Positions 43,472-53,600 of a stretch of 64,000 nucleotides of DNA are shown piece by piece. The stretch comes from an uncultured Candidatus Saccharibacteria bacterium (GTDB taxonomy: Bacteria > Patescibacteriota > Minisyncoccia > Phycocordibacterales > UBA9973), in NCBI GenBank assembly GCA_964610995.1, contig CAZSWF010000001.1:2813-66812 (forward strand). Reading direction: 5' to 3'. The position numbers and the translations under genes are program-made. How positions within the stretch are numbered: the first letter of the stretch is position 1; every line of letters begins with the position of its first letter. The notes beneath the pieces were generated by a model. It ran no database searches and was not told the DNA's origin. It saw only the letters and a list, made by a program, of their open reading frames with translations.

Positions 43472-44758
43472 TTGTGGCATACTGCAGATACTATGGACCC
43501 CATATCCGCGTACAAAGAGCGCGCATTTGCAAAGGTGGTCGCGATCATCTGTGCAACTATCGCATTTTTTTTATTTGTAGGTGTTGTTGGGACGGATCGG
43601 ACACTTAACAGCGGGGCGGCTGTTGTCACCACATCTGAAGAATCGGTGAATATCCCCTCATTTGAACAATCGATCCCACCACAGAGTATGACCCAGAGTA
43701 CTCTGGGTACGGCACTACATATCGCTACACCCGATCCACTTCGGGGTATTTATCTGACAGGATGGACTGCAGGTACACCCGCACGGCTTGCTCGAGCACT
43801 CACGCTCTTTGAGGGTGACAGTATCCTCAATGCAGTGGTGATCGATATCAAAGACGCTACAGGGAGACTCTCGTATCAGCCTCTCGACGGAGGATTAGTA
43901 GCTATGGGTGTAGGTACCAACAGGATCAAGGATCTCGAAAGTGTGATCGATACATTTCATCAGCGCGGTATCTATGTGATCGGGCGACTGACCGTGTTTC
44001 AAGATCCATTTTATGCAGCAAAGTATCCGAGTGAGGCACTGATCGATACTCGCACCGGACTTGTGTGGCGTGACTACAAGGATATCACATGGTTGCGTCC
44101 CGATAGTGCGGCGGTCGCCGAGTATACAGCTACTATTGCGCGGGATGCATATGCGCAAGGCTTTGATGAAATCAACCTCGACTATGTACGCTTCCCCTCT
44201 GATGGTGAGCTCAAGTATATCGATCTCTCTACGTTTACGAAAAACAAAGCCGAAACGATGCAAGATTTTTTCCGTACGATGCGAGAGGCGCTTGCGGGTA
44301 TACCACTCTCGGCAGACGTGTTTGGGTTGACGATGTCTGCGCGCGACGACGTCGGGATAGGGCAGAAAGCAGTACTCATCGCTCCCCAAGTAGATGCGCT
44401 TGCGCCAATGCTGTACCCATCACACTTTTGGAATGGAAGTTACGGTATAGAAGTACCTGCTGAGAAACCGTATGAAGTTATGTACCAAGCTCTCTCTGAT
44501 GGTATCGCAAAGCTTGAAGCTGTCGGTATTGATAGAGACAAGATTAGGCCATGGTTCCAAGACTTTGATCTCCTTGGTGTGTCATACGATGCGAGTATGG
44601 TGCGTGCACAGATACAGGCAGCAGCAGACCTTGGTATCTACTCATGGATGATGTGGGACCCGCGCAATGACTATACAGACGAGGTGTATAAACTAGAGCC
44701 GGAAGTCGGGCTCGAACCGACGACCACCCGTTTACAAAACGGGAGCTCTACCAACTGA
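43472..44758 (+). CDS. Putative glycoside-hydrolase-like TIM-barrel protein (DUF4015/GH-like), membrane anchored; 3' end runs antisense through tRNA-Thr
   Basis: N-terminal TM; GIYLTGW...LNAVVIDIKD...GIYVIGRLTVFQDP...INLDYVRFP motifs resemble GH-like TIM barrels. Confidence 0.55.
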   Translation: MWHTADTMDPISAYKERAFAKVVAIICATIAFFLFVGVVGTDRTLNSGAAVVTTSEESVNIPSFEQSIPPQSMTQSTLGTALHIATPDPLRGIYLTGWTAGTPARLARALTLFEGDSILNAVVIDIKDATGRLSYQPLDGGLVAMGVGTNRIKDLESVIDTFHQRGIYVIGRLTVFQDPFYAAKYPSEALIDTRTGLVWRDYKDITWLRPDSAAVAEYTATIARDAYAQGFDEINLDYVRFPSDGELKYIDLSTFTKNKAETMQDFFRTMREALAGIPLSADVFGLTMSARDDVGIGQKAVLIAPQVDALAPMLYPSHFWNGSYGIEVPAEKPYEVMYQALSDGIAKLEAVGIDRDKIRPWFQDFDLLGVSYDASMVRAQIQAAADLGIYSWMMWDPRNDYTDEVYKLEPEVGLEPTTTRLQNGSSTN

Positions 44759-44769
44759 GCTATTCCGGC
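44697..44769 (-). tRNA. tRNA-Thr (anticodon TGT)
   Basis: Reverse complement GCCGGAATAGCTCAGTTGGTAGAGCTCCCGTTTTGTAAACGGGTGGTCGTCGGTTCGAGCCCGACTTCCGGCT. Confidence 0.8.
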
Positions 44770-44804
44770 GTACGACCACTGTTCGTGATCGATTGGTCCC
44801 AAGA

Positions 44805-45191
44805 CTATATCATGTTTTTATTGTGCGGCAAACGTTTCGGTTTTGCGGCGGGAGTCTTTGAGATAGATTTGAGGAAGTATGACGATGGGCCATGAGTGAG
44901 CCCGGTGAGTATATCGCGTTTGGCAAATGCTGGGGCGGCCTTGGGGAACACTTTGAGGAATGCCTTTTGCGCCCGTGACGTACCCCATGCGAGTGCCTGC
45001 TTCAAGCGTGCGAGTGCGCTGTACCATCCACGGCGAGATAGACGTACCCCTTTGTCTACTTGTGCAAGGAGTGGTGCAGTCTGTGCGACGGGAAGTGGTG
45101 CACCTGTCGTCACCTTCCATGAGGCGTACATACTGTACAGCCAGGTCAGCACGATGAGCCCGAGGGTGATAAAAGCAACTACAGTGATCAT
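44805..45191 (-). CDS. Hypothetical membrane protein
   Basis: N-terminal TM; basic, Ala-rich; downstream of tsf. Confidence 0.35.
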   Translation of the reverse strand: MITVVAFITLGLIVLTWLYSMYASWKVTTGAPLPVAQTAPLLAQVDKGVRLSRRGWYSALARLKQALAWGTSRAQKAFLKVFPKAAPAFAKRDILTGLTHGPSSYFLKSISKTPAAKPKRLPHNKNMI

Positions 45192-45194
45192 GTA

Positions 45195-45974
45195 CTATAC
45201 AGTATACGTCACAAACCGCTCCACCGTAGCACCTGCATCTTGCGCATACTGCTTGATGGTTTTTTCAGGGGTTTTGAAAAATGGTTGCTCATCAAGCGTC
45301 TGCTCTTTGAAGTAAGACGCGATTTTGCCTTGCATGATTTGCGCTTTCATTTCTTCTGGTTTATCGATTGCTTCCATTTCACCTTTGAGTACTTCCATTA
45401 CTTGCGCGCGGTCAGCATCATTGATATCTGTGGTGTGTACATACTTGGGCTTCATTGCTGCGGTATGCATTGCGATATCTTTTGCGACTTCTGGAGTTCC
45501 GCCGTTGAGTACTACGATAGTTGCAGTCTTGCCGGTGTGGTGCGTATAGGCACCAACTACAGCTCCGGTTACTTCTGAGATATCACCAAGTTTGATGTTT
45601 TCACCGATCTTGAGCACAACATCATTGATGAGCGCAGGAGCAGCTTCGCGTGCAGCTGCTTCACCTTTTTCCCATGCCATATCAGCGAGTGTATTTGCAA
45701 GCTTCACGAAGTCATCGTTTTTTGCGACGAAGTCAGTCTCGCAGTTCATGATCAGTGTCAGTGCGCGTGTACCATCGGTACGTACGATGACGAGGCCGTC
45801 AGATGCATCACGATCAGCTTTTTTACCAGCGATTTCCGCACCCTTTTTTTGAAGAATGATCATTGCCTTGTCCATGTCGCCTTCAGCTTCTTCGAGTGCT
45901 TTACGGCATTGCATAACAGAGACGCCTGTTGCGTCACGAAGTTCTTTTACTTGTTCAGTGGTGATAGTACTCAT
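45195..45974 (-). CDS. tsf: Elongation factor Ts
   Basis: UBA-like N-terminus (VKELRDATGVSVMQCRKALEEAEGDMDKA). Confidence 0.92.
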   Translation of the reverse strand: MSTITTEQVKELRDATGVSVMQCRKALEEAEGDMDKAMIILQKKGAEIAGKKADRDASDGLVIVRTDGTRALTLIMNCETDFVAKNDDFVKLANTLADMAWEKGEAAAREAAPALINDVVLKIGENIKLGDISEVTGAVVGAYTHHTGKTATIVVLNGGTPEVAKDIAMHTAAMKPKYVHTTDINDADRAQVMEVLKGEMEAIDKPEEMKAQIMQGKIASYFKEQTLDEQPFFKTPEKTIKQYAQDAGATVERFVTYTV

Positions 45975-46001
45975 TATGATATTAGGAGCTAGATTAATAA
46001 A

Positions 46002-46682
46002 TTATTTGTTTCCTTCGAAAGCGTCCTTGAGTATACCAAGGATTGTCGAAATACTCGATGCAGATGAATCATTTGCAACGATGGGGTATTCGATCGCACG
46101 AATAGAACAGTCGGTGTTGCCTAGTGCGATCACAGGGATGTTCATCTTGCGAGCTTCAAGTACTGCAATGTGCTCTTTTTTGGAGTCTACGACTACCATT
46201 GCTTCTGGCATTTTTGCCAAACCAAGCAATCCAGAGAAATACTTATTGAGACGTTCCATTTCACGGTTGAGTAGGAGCTGCTCTTTCTTGGTGTACTTTG
46301 CGTATTCTCCAGAGACACGTTCTTCTTTCATTTTCTCAAGCTTGTCGATACGTTGCTTGATCTGCGGGAAGTTGGTCAGTATTCCTCCGATCCATCGTTC
46401 TGTTACGTATGGCTGTCGAAGTGCAGACGCTACTTCGATCACACTTGTGCGAGCTTCTGGTTTGACACCGACCCAAAGGACGTTCTTGCCAGCAGCGCCG
46501 AGCTCCGCGAGAAACTTGGCTGCAGCTTCGATCTGAGGAATAACTTTTTCGACATCGATGATGTCAGCACCGTTTTTGGTTCCATAGAGGAATGGGGTAA
46601 CGGTAGGGTGGCGTCGTGTACGGGTATAACCGTAGTGGACACCTGCCTCCATGAGGCTAGTGGGTGAGTGTTCTTTTTTCAT
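46002..46682 (-). CDS. rpsB: 30S ribosomal protein S2
   Basis: Canonical S2 motifs (HYGYTRTRRHP...); upstream of tsf. Confidence 0.95.
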   Translation of the reverse strand: MKKEHSPTSLMEAGVHYGYTRTRRHPTVTPFLYGTKNGADIIDVEKVIPQIEAAAKFLAELGAAGKNVLWVGVKPEARTSVIEVASALRQPYVTERWIGGILTNFPQIKQRIDKLEKMKEERVSGEYAKYTKKEQLLLNREMERLNKYFSGLLGLAKMPEAMVVVDSKKEHIAVLEARKMNIPVIALGNTDCSIRAIEYPIVANDSSASSISTILGILKDAFEGNK

Positions 46683-46883
46683 ACAATCTGTAGCAGGAAG
46701 GGAACGAGCCCGACCTTAATTACTGAATAATTTCCTGCGCCCTGCGTAGCTTAGCGAAGCAGGGATACGGAGCCAAAACAATAGCATTTAGAAGGGGTTT
46801 TGGCAAGTGGAGTATATTGACAATTATTTATAATAATGTTATTATGAGAACATAACGAATTTGTACAATTTAAAAAAATAACA

Positions 46884-47264
46884 ATGAAAAAAGATTCACA
46901 AGTTTTTCTAAGATACTTTGGTATAAAACATCTTTCAGATCTTATTGGAAGAAAGTTTTTAATAAACTTAAAGCACAAGTGGCATGATGGTGAAGAAGGT
47001 GAAATTGAAATCTGTTTTCAAATTCAACAATATTCTTTTTCTGTCCAAAACCTTGAGTTCATTGTTCCTACGGTGGGAATTGAAGGAAACTCGGATATAA
47101 AGGATGTGTTATTAAGTTTCTTTCCATCAAATAATGGGAATCAGGTCGAGTATGGCCTTTCGTTCAAAAGCGACTATCTTGTAGAAAATGGCCGTGAAGA
47201 TAAAAAACATATCTCTTATGAAGGTAAAAACGGTTCTAAATCATTTCAAGTTAAGTTACTGTGA
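46884..47264 (+). CDS. Orphan hypothetical protein in AT-rich island
   Basis: 126 aa, no recognised domain; very low G+C; followed by terminator. Confidence 0.4.
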   Translation: MKKDSQVFLRYFGIKHLSDLIGRKFLINLKHKWHDGEEGEIEICFQIQQYSFSVQNLEFIVPTVGIEGNSDIKDVLLSFFPSNNGNQVEYGLSFKSDYLVENGREDKKHISYEGKNGSKSFQVKLL

Positions 47265-47279
47265 TTTTTCTAAAGGTTT

Positions 47280-47306
47280 AGCTCTCTAAATAGAGAGCTT
47301 TTTTTA
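47280..47306 (+). terminator. Rho-independent terminator (AGCTCTCT-aaat-AGAGAGCTTTTTTT)
   Basis: Perfect stem plus T-tract. Confidence 0.6.
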
Positions 47307-47332
47307 TTGCCTAAAATGTGCGATTATAGGGT

Positions 47333-48784
47333 ATGCAAATGTCACACGACAAGCCTATTACTCCGCGCGCTGAGGATTATTCTCAATGGTACCTTGATGT
47401 TATTGCGGCAGCTGACCTGGCAGAAAACTCACCAGTTCGGGGTTGTATGGTTATTAAACCCAACGGATATGCTATCTGGGAAAAGGTTCAGCAAACACTC
47501 GATGAAGAATTCAAAAACAAAGGCGTGCAAAACGCTTATTTTCCGTTATTGATTCCTGAAAAGTTTCTCAAGCGCGAAGCACAGCACGTAGAAGGCTTTG
47601 CACCAGAAGTTGCAGTTGTCACGCACGCAGGTGGTGAGAAACTCGATGAGCCACTCGTGATCCGTCCTACGTCTGAAACGATCATGTATGAAGTATTTTC
47701 AAAATGGGTACGATCATATAGAGATCTGCCGCTCTTGATCAATCAATGGGCAAATGTGGTGCGATGGGAACTTCGTACAAAACCATTTCTCCGAACTACT
47801 GAGTTTCTATGGCAAGAGGGTCACACCGTACATCAGAATGAACAAGAAGCAGATGACTTTGCGCGACAAATGCTCGACGTATACAAAAACTTTTCAAGAG
47901 ACTATATGGCAATCCCTGTTGTTATCGGAGAAAAGACTGAGAGTGAACGATTTGCTGGTGCGCTCAAGACATATTGCTGTGAAGCAATGATGCAAGATGG
48001 CAAGGCATTGCAATATGCAACTTCGCACAATCTCGGAGATAATTTTGCTAGAGCGTTTGAAGTGCAATATCTCGACCAGAACAATACACTACAGTACGGA
48101 TGGCAGACGAGTTGGGGTCTCTCAACACGATCTATCGGTGGATTGATCATGACACATAGTGATGACAAAGGTTTGGTGCTTCCTCCAAAAATGGCTTCAA
48201 TGAAAGTCGTTATTGTTCCGATTTTTAAGGCCGATAGTAAAGAAAAAGTATTGCCGATTGTTTCTATACTCAAGAAACAAATCGAAGAAGCTCTCGGTAT
48301 TCGAACTGTACATGTTGATGATCGAGAAAATATGTCGATAGGAGAAAAGTTTTTCGAATGGGAAAAGCGAGGGATACCACTTCGCATAGAAATTGGTCCA
48401 AAAGATATTGAAAAAGAACAATGCATGGCAGTGCGAAGAGATACCGGAGAGAAAATAGGTATTTCATATCACTCAGAAATATTTGGTGAAGCGGTGAGAG
48501 ATATATTGGATATCATGCAGACCAATCTCTTAGTTACTGCGCAACAACGTTTGGAAGAAAATACTATTACTATAGATTCATGGGATGATTTTGTTTCTGC
48601 TATTGAAGGCGGGAAATTTGTTATGGCGCATTGGGATGGTACTCCAGAAACAGAAAAGAAAATTAAAGAAGAGGTCGGCGCAACTATTCGTTGTATTCCA
48701 TTTGATAACAAGGTCGAATCAGGTGCTTGTATAAAAACAGGTAACCCTTCTACGCAGCGTGTACTTTTCGCGAAGGCATACTAA
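47333..48784 (+). CDS. proS: Prolyl-tRNA synthetase, archaeal/eukaryote-type (no editing insertion)
   Basis: Class II motifs, ~480 aa, C-terminal Zn-binding-like domain; N-terminus resembles ProRS type 3. Confidence 0.88.
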   Translation: MQMSHDKPITPRAEDYSQWYLDVIAAADLAENSPVRGCMVIKPNGYAIWEKVQQTLDEEFKNKGVQNAYFPLLIPEKFLKREAQHVEGFAPEVAVVTHAGGEKLDEPLVIRPTSETIMYEVFSKWVRSYRDLPLLINQWANVVRWELRTKPFLRTTEFLWQEGHTVHQNEQEADDFARQMLDVYKNFSRDYMAIPVVIGEKTESERFAGALKTYCCEAMMQDGKALQYATSHNLGDNFARAFEVQYLDQNNTLQYGWQTSWGLSTRSIGGLIMTHSDDKGLVLPPKMASMKVVIVPIFKADSKEKVLPIVSILKKQIEEALGIRTVHVDDRENMSIGEKFFEWEKRGIPLRIEIGPKDIEKEQCMAVRRDTGEKIGISYHSEIFGEAVRDILDIMQTNLLVTAQQRLEENTITIDSWDDFVSAIEGGKFVMAHWDGTPETEKKIKEEVGATIRCIPFDNKVESGACIKTGNPSTQRVLFAKAY

Positions 48785-48786
48785 GC

Positions 48787-49830
48787 ATGTTTAAATCTCT
48801 CTATCGCAGATTTTCAAATGATATTGGTATCGATCTTGGTACTGCTAACACACTTGTGTATCTCAGTGGGTACGGCATCATCATCAACGAACCATCGATC
48901 GTGGCTGTGAACCAAAAAACAGGACAGATCGTGGCGGTTGGGCATGAAGCCAAGAAAATGTGGGGCAAGACCCCTGCACATATACAAATCATCAGACCAC
49001 TGATCGAAGGGGTTGTTTCAGATTTTGATATGACAGAGGAGATGCTCGCATACTTTATCCGCAAGGCGCAAATGATGAGCAAGAAATTCTTCCGTCCACG
49101 AGTTGTGATCGGTGTACCGAGTGGTATTACCAACGTTGAGATGCGCGCAGTCTACGACGCTGCCATCGATGCGGGTGCACGAGAAGTGTATCTCGTCGAA
49201 GAAGCAATGGCAGCTGCGATAGGTGTGCGTTTACCAGTGCTCGATGCCAAGGCAACATTTGTGATAGATATTGGCGGAGGGACGACCGACATTGCACTTA
49301 TCGCACTCGGTGGTGTCGTACGATCCCTCAATTTGCGGATTGCAGGAGATCATTTCAATGAGCGCGTGATCGAGTATTTGCGAGATGAATTTAAACTACT
49401 GGTGGGAGAACCGACCGCAGAGAGTGTCAAGCTTGCACTTGGTTCTGCGATCGAGACAGAGTATGCCGAGATAGAAGTCCGTGGCCGCGACCTCGTCAGT
49501 GGACTACCACGTGCACTCGTCGTCACCGATGGTGATATACGCGAAGCACTCATGCGACCGATCGGGTTCCTCGTGACTGCGATCAAAGAAGTACTCGAAA
49601 CTGCACCACCAGAAATGATGGCCGATGTGCTCCAGAGCGGGATCGTACTGACTGGAGGTGGCGCGCTTTTGCCAGGACTACCAGCACTATTGGAAAATGA
49701 GTTGTCGTTACCAGTGCATATTGCCCAGGACCCATTGTCGGCAGTAGCGCGTGGGACGGGTATTATTTTAGAAAACTTTGAACAATACGAAAGTGTCATA
49801 ATCCCCCTTGATGAACATGTTGTCATATAG
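48787..49830 (+). CDS. mreB: Rod shape-determining protein MreB
   Basis: GIDLGTANTLVY phosphate-1, actin fold motifs. Confidence 0.95.
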   Translation: MFKSLYRRFSNDIGIDLGTANTLVYLSGYGIIINEPSIVAVNQKTGQIVAVGHEAKKMWGKTPAHIQIIRPLIEGVVSDFDMTEEMLAYFIRKAQMMSKKFFRPRVVIGVPSGITNVEMRAVYDAAIDAGAREVYLVEEAMAAAIGVRLPVLDAKATFVIDIGGGTTDIALIALGGVVRSLNLRIAGDHFNERVIEYLRDEFKLLVGEPTAESVKLALGSAIETEYAEIEVRGRDLVSGLPRALVVTDGDIREALMRPIGFLVTAIKEVLETAPPEMMADVLQSGIVLTGGGALLPGLPALLENELSLPVHIAQDPLSAVARGTGIILENFEQYESVIIPLDEHVVI

Positions 49831-50575
49831 CCGTAGTGCCAAACAGTCACATAAACGCAAACGTCTCATAATGAGCCTTGTTGGTATCATCGGAGGTGTG
49901 TTTCTGGTATGGGGTATGACAAAAGTAGTCGTAAACAATACGATCGCACATAAACCACTCGCATCTGCTGGTACTATTGTCAGCACTCTTTCGTCCAAGC
50001 GTGCACTTGTAGACAAGATCACTGAACTACAAACGACACTCGAGTCATACGATGCAGAGCTCAGTACTGCAGCACTCATGCAAACAGAAAACGCCGAGCT
50101 CAAAGCCGAGCTCAATCGTCTACCGAGTACTCGTGGGACACTTGCACATGTGGTCACACTACCCAACCGTAGTCTCTACGACACCGTCACAGTAGATGCG
50201 GGTGTAGCGCAAGGGATCACCGAAGGACAAATCGCATATGCGTTTGGCAGTATTGCGCTTGGGACGGTGTCATCGGTAGGAGAAGACTATGCGACGGTTA
50301 CACTGTTTAGTGCGCCAGGACGTGAGACTTCCGGTACGGTGGCTGGGAGTAATGTCGCGATCACGATGATCGGCAGAGGTGGAGGTGAGTACGAGGTGCG
50401 CATGCCACGAGACGTAGACTTTGCGGTGGGAGGGCTGATCGCGTATCAGTCGACCGACACCGCAGTGCTTGCAGAGATCGAGCGCATTGCGACCGACCCG
50501 CGTGATCCATTTCAGAAATTGTATGCAAAAACTCCCATCAATTTACAGGCGCTCAAGTGGGTAATAGTACGATAG
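49808..50575 (+). CDS. mreC: Rod shape-determining protein MreC
   Basis: Short basic cytoplasmic N-terminus, TM, coiled coil (ELQTTLESYDAELS), beta domain; overlaps mreB stop. Confidence 0.65.
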   Translation: MMNMLSYSRSAKQSHKRKRLIMSLVGIIGGVFLVWGMTKVVVNNTIAHKPLASAGTIVSTLSSKRALVDKITELQTTLESYDAELSTAALMQTENAELKAELNRLPSTRGTLAHVVTLPNRSLYDTVTVDAGVAQGITEGQIAYAFGSIALGTVSSVGEDYATVTLFSAPGRETSGTVAGSNVAITMIGRGGGEYEVRMPRDVDFAVGGLIAYQSTDTAVLAEIERIATDPRDPFQKLYAKTPINLQALKWVIVR

Positions 50576-50609
50576 TTTGTAGTATACTAAATTATTGTAG
50601 GTATTTAGT

Positions 50610-53600
50610 ATGAAATTTTTTCAAAAACTAATAGTAACAATTTGTTTGGTTTTGACTATCATAGTGTCAGGTATTTTCTTGGCTAGCGCACAAGATCTTA
50701 TTGATTATCCATATTCATTCGGTGACACTGGTGTAGAATGTGGCTTTCAACCTACTAGCTCTCTCACATATGTAGAAAGTGAGAAAAAGCTCTATGGAAT
50801 GACAACCCGAGGTGGAATAAATAACCTAGGGGTGGTATTTGCTTACGATCCCTATGGTGCAACTTGTTCTATCTTACATGAGTTTAATACGCCTGAAGGG
50901 GTACTTCCTACGGGCTCTCTCACATATGTAGAAAGTGAGCAAAAGCTTTACGGAACGACAACTGCAGGAGGGGCAAGCGATCAAGGGACAATATTTTCAT
51001 TACGCGTAGATGGAACTGAATATGTAACAGTAAAAGATTTTGCTGGTGCGGAAGGATCCAATCCAAAAACCTCTCTCACATATGTAGAAAGTGAGCAAAA
51101 GCTCTACGGAACGACATCTACAGGGGGAACAAATGCAACAGGGGTAATATTTAGTTATACTTTGAGTGATGGGACTTATACAGTCTTGCATAATTTTGAT
51201 AGTGGTATAGATATTATAGGGTCACTCACGTATCTCGAAAACGAAAACAGTTTGTACGGTATGGCAACCAAGGGTGGCCCGGATGATAATGGTGTTATTT
51301 TTAGATTCAATCTTACGCAAAGTATTTATGAAACGGCATATTCTTTTGGAAATAAGGTCGAAGGAACTGCCCCATTTGGAGCGTTGACAGCGGTAGGTAA
51401 AACCTTGTATGGAAGAACTAGGTCTGAAGGAGAATTTAAATTTGGTGTTATTTTTTCTATACGAGGTGAACAGTACACAGTGTTACACAATTTTGAAACC
51501 GCAAATGATGCTGATTTCAATAGCGCACTACTTTTTGATGGAGTACGTAAAGTCTACGGTACTACATCAGTAGGTGGCGCCAATAATGCCGGGGTACTTT
51601 TTTCTTATGATTTAGCAGACAATACGTATTCCGTTAGAGATGTATTGTCTACCGGAATACGTCCCGTTGGGTCCTTAGCTATGCTATCACAGAGTCTACT
51701 ATACGGTATGACGTCTGAGGGGGGAGTAAAGGCTACTGGAACAATATTTAATTTTACTTTTTTAGATATATATCCAGATCCTTTTTCTTTCGATTCTGTA
51801 GAAAATATTCCTAAAAAAACAACCATAAAATCAAATGCCATAACCGTAGACGGTCTCAGTCCGGGTGTATCTGCGGCTATTACTCTTAGTGAGTGCTACG
51901 CAGGAGACTGTGGTTATTTGGTTAATGGAGAAATAGATGTACCGACCGTTTCTAATGGAGATAGTGTTCAAATAACCTTAACTGCGCTTGATTGTGATGA
52001 ATCATATTCCCCAGTAATAACTATCGAAGGAGTACAAGCATCGTTTGATGTAAAAACAGAAGTTTGCAGTAGCGGAGGTGGTGATCCAGACACCGAGGCG
52101 CCAACTGTTTCGTTTACTATGCCGAGTTCCGGATCAAACCTCACTGTTTCTGTAGCGTTTGACGCTCTTGATAATACTGGCGCTACCGGATATATGCTCA
52201 CAGAGTCAGCGACTCTTCCAGAAGCTTCCGATGAGCGATGGCAGGCAAGCGCTCCAGCTTCCTATACATTTTCTACGTATGGTTCGTACACACTCTATGC
52301 GTGGGCCAAAGACGCTGCAGGCAATGTTTCTGCAGAAACTTCGCAAACCATTACACTGACCGATCCCACACCTCCACCACCAGATCCCGAACCCGAACCC
52401 GAACCCGAACCAGAGCCGGAGCCTGATGACGAAGATGCTGGCGGAGGCGGAGGTAGGAGTTCTAGTGGCTCAAATATTGCAGGTGCCGGACTCGTCGGTG
52501 TACAACCATCGACACCTTCTGCACCACAGGCGGTAGTAGAAGTAGTGCCAGTAGTACCAGCTCCAGTAGTAGATACTCCGAGACCTCGTCCAGAACCTAC
52601 TATCGTACTGGACTCACCGATCAAGCAAGCAATCAAACGCAACTTCACTCCTGCGCAAGTAGCAATCATCGAAGTATCTATCAAGGCTATTATTGCGACA
52701 GTCACCGCAATCGGTGGAGCGATTGTTCTCGCGTCTGTGTTGTTCTTGAACCCACTTGCACGACCTGAGTTTATACTCATACCATTGCGACTATGGGCAC
52801 TGCTGCTGGCTGCGCTCGGTATTCGCAAAAAGCCCGTGCCGTGGGGTACGGTGTATGATGCGATCACCAAGCAGCCAGTCGACCCTGTACGAGTGTCACT
52901 CATCGATATAGATGGAAATGTAGTCGAAACATCGATCACTGACTCATCAGGTCGATATGGATTTATTGCGAAACCTGGTGTTTACAAAATGGTACTCTCC
53001 AAGACCAACTACCTCTTTCCATCACACGTGATCGCACAGAAAAATATGCGTGATGAATTGTACGAAAAGCCGTACTTTGGTGACTACTTGCCGTATGATC
53101 CTGCGATTCCGATCGAAAAGAACATCCCGATCGACCCGCTCGACTTTGACACAGCAGCATTTGCGAAAAACAACGGCGATCTATCGGTGCACTATTCTCG
53201 ACGAGAAGAAATCGCTGAACGACTTTTCAATACGCTTTTCTTTACGACATTTGCAGTGGTGGTGGCGAGTCTCATCATCTATCCACAAATGTACAACGTG
53301 ATCATTTTCCTTCTCTATATTGCAGCGTTTATCTTTCGTAGACAGGCCAAGCGCGCGAAACATATGGGTCGCATCTACGACCTCTATGGCAAGCCGCTCG
53401 CTCATGTAACGATGAAAGTGCACTCTGCAGTAGACAATAGTCTGATAAAAACAATAACTACAACTCGTGCTGGTCGCTACTACCTCCACCTACCGCAAGG
53501 CCTGTACTATGTACGCGTCGAACGTACTGGTCCTGACGGTCTCTCTGTGCCGGTTTACTCATCACCCGAGATTCTCATGGTCCGTCACGGCATACTCAAC

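Noticed and set aside
46700-46780. Hairpin (CCCTGC...GCAGGG) upstream of rpsB as a possible S2 autoregulatory leader
   Set aside because: A single short hairpin only; cannot be distinguished from a fortuitous structure without covariance data.
50755-51125. Regularly spaced near-identical repeats considered as a possible CRISPR array
   Set aside because: Repeats are in-frame codons of protein blades (spacing 156 bp, divergent 'spacers' also coding); no cas genes.
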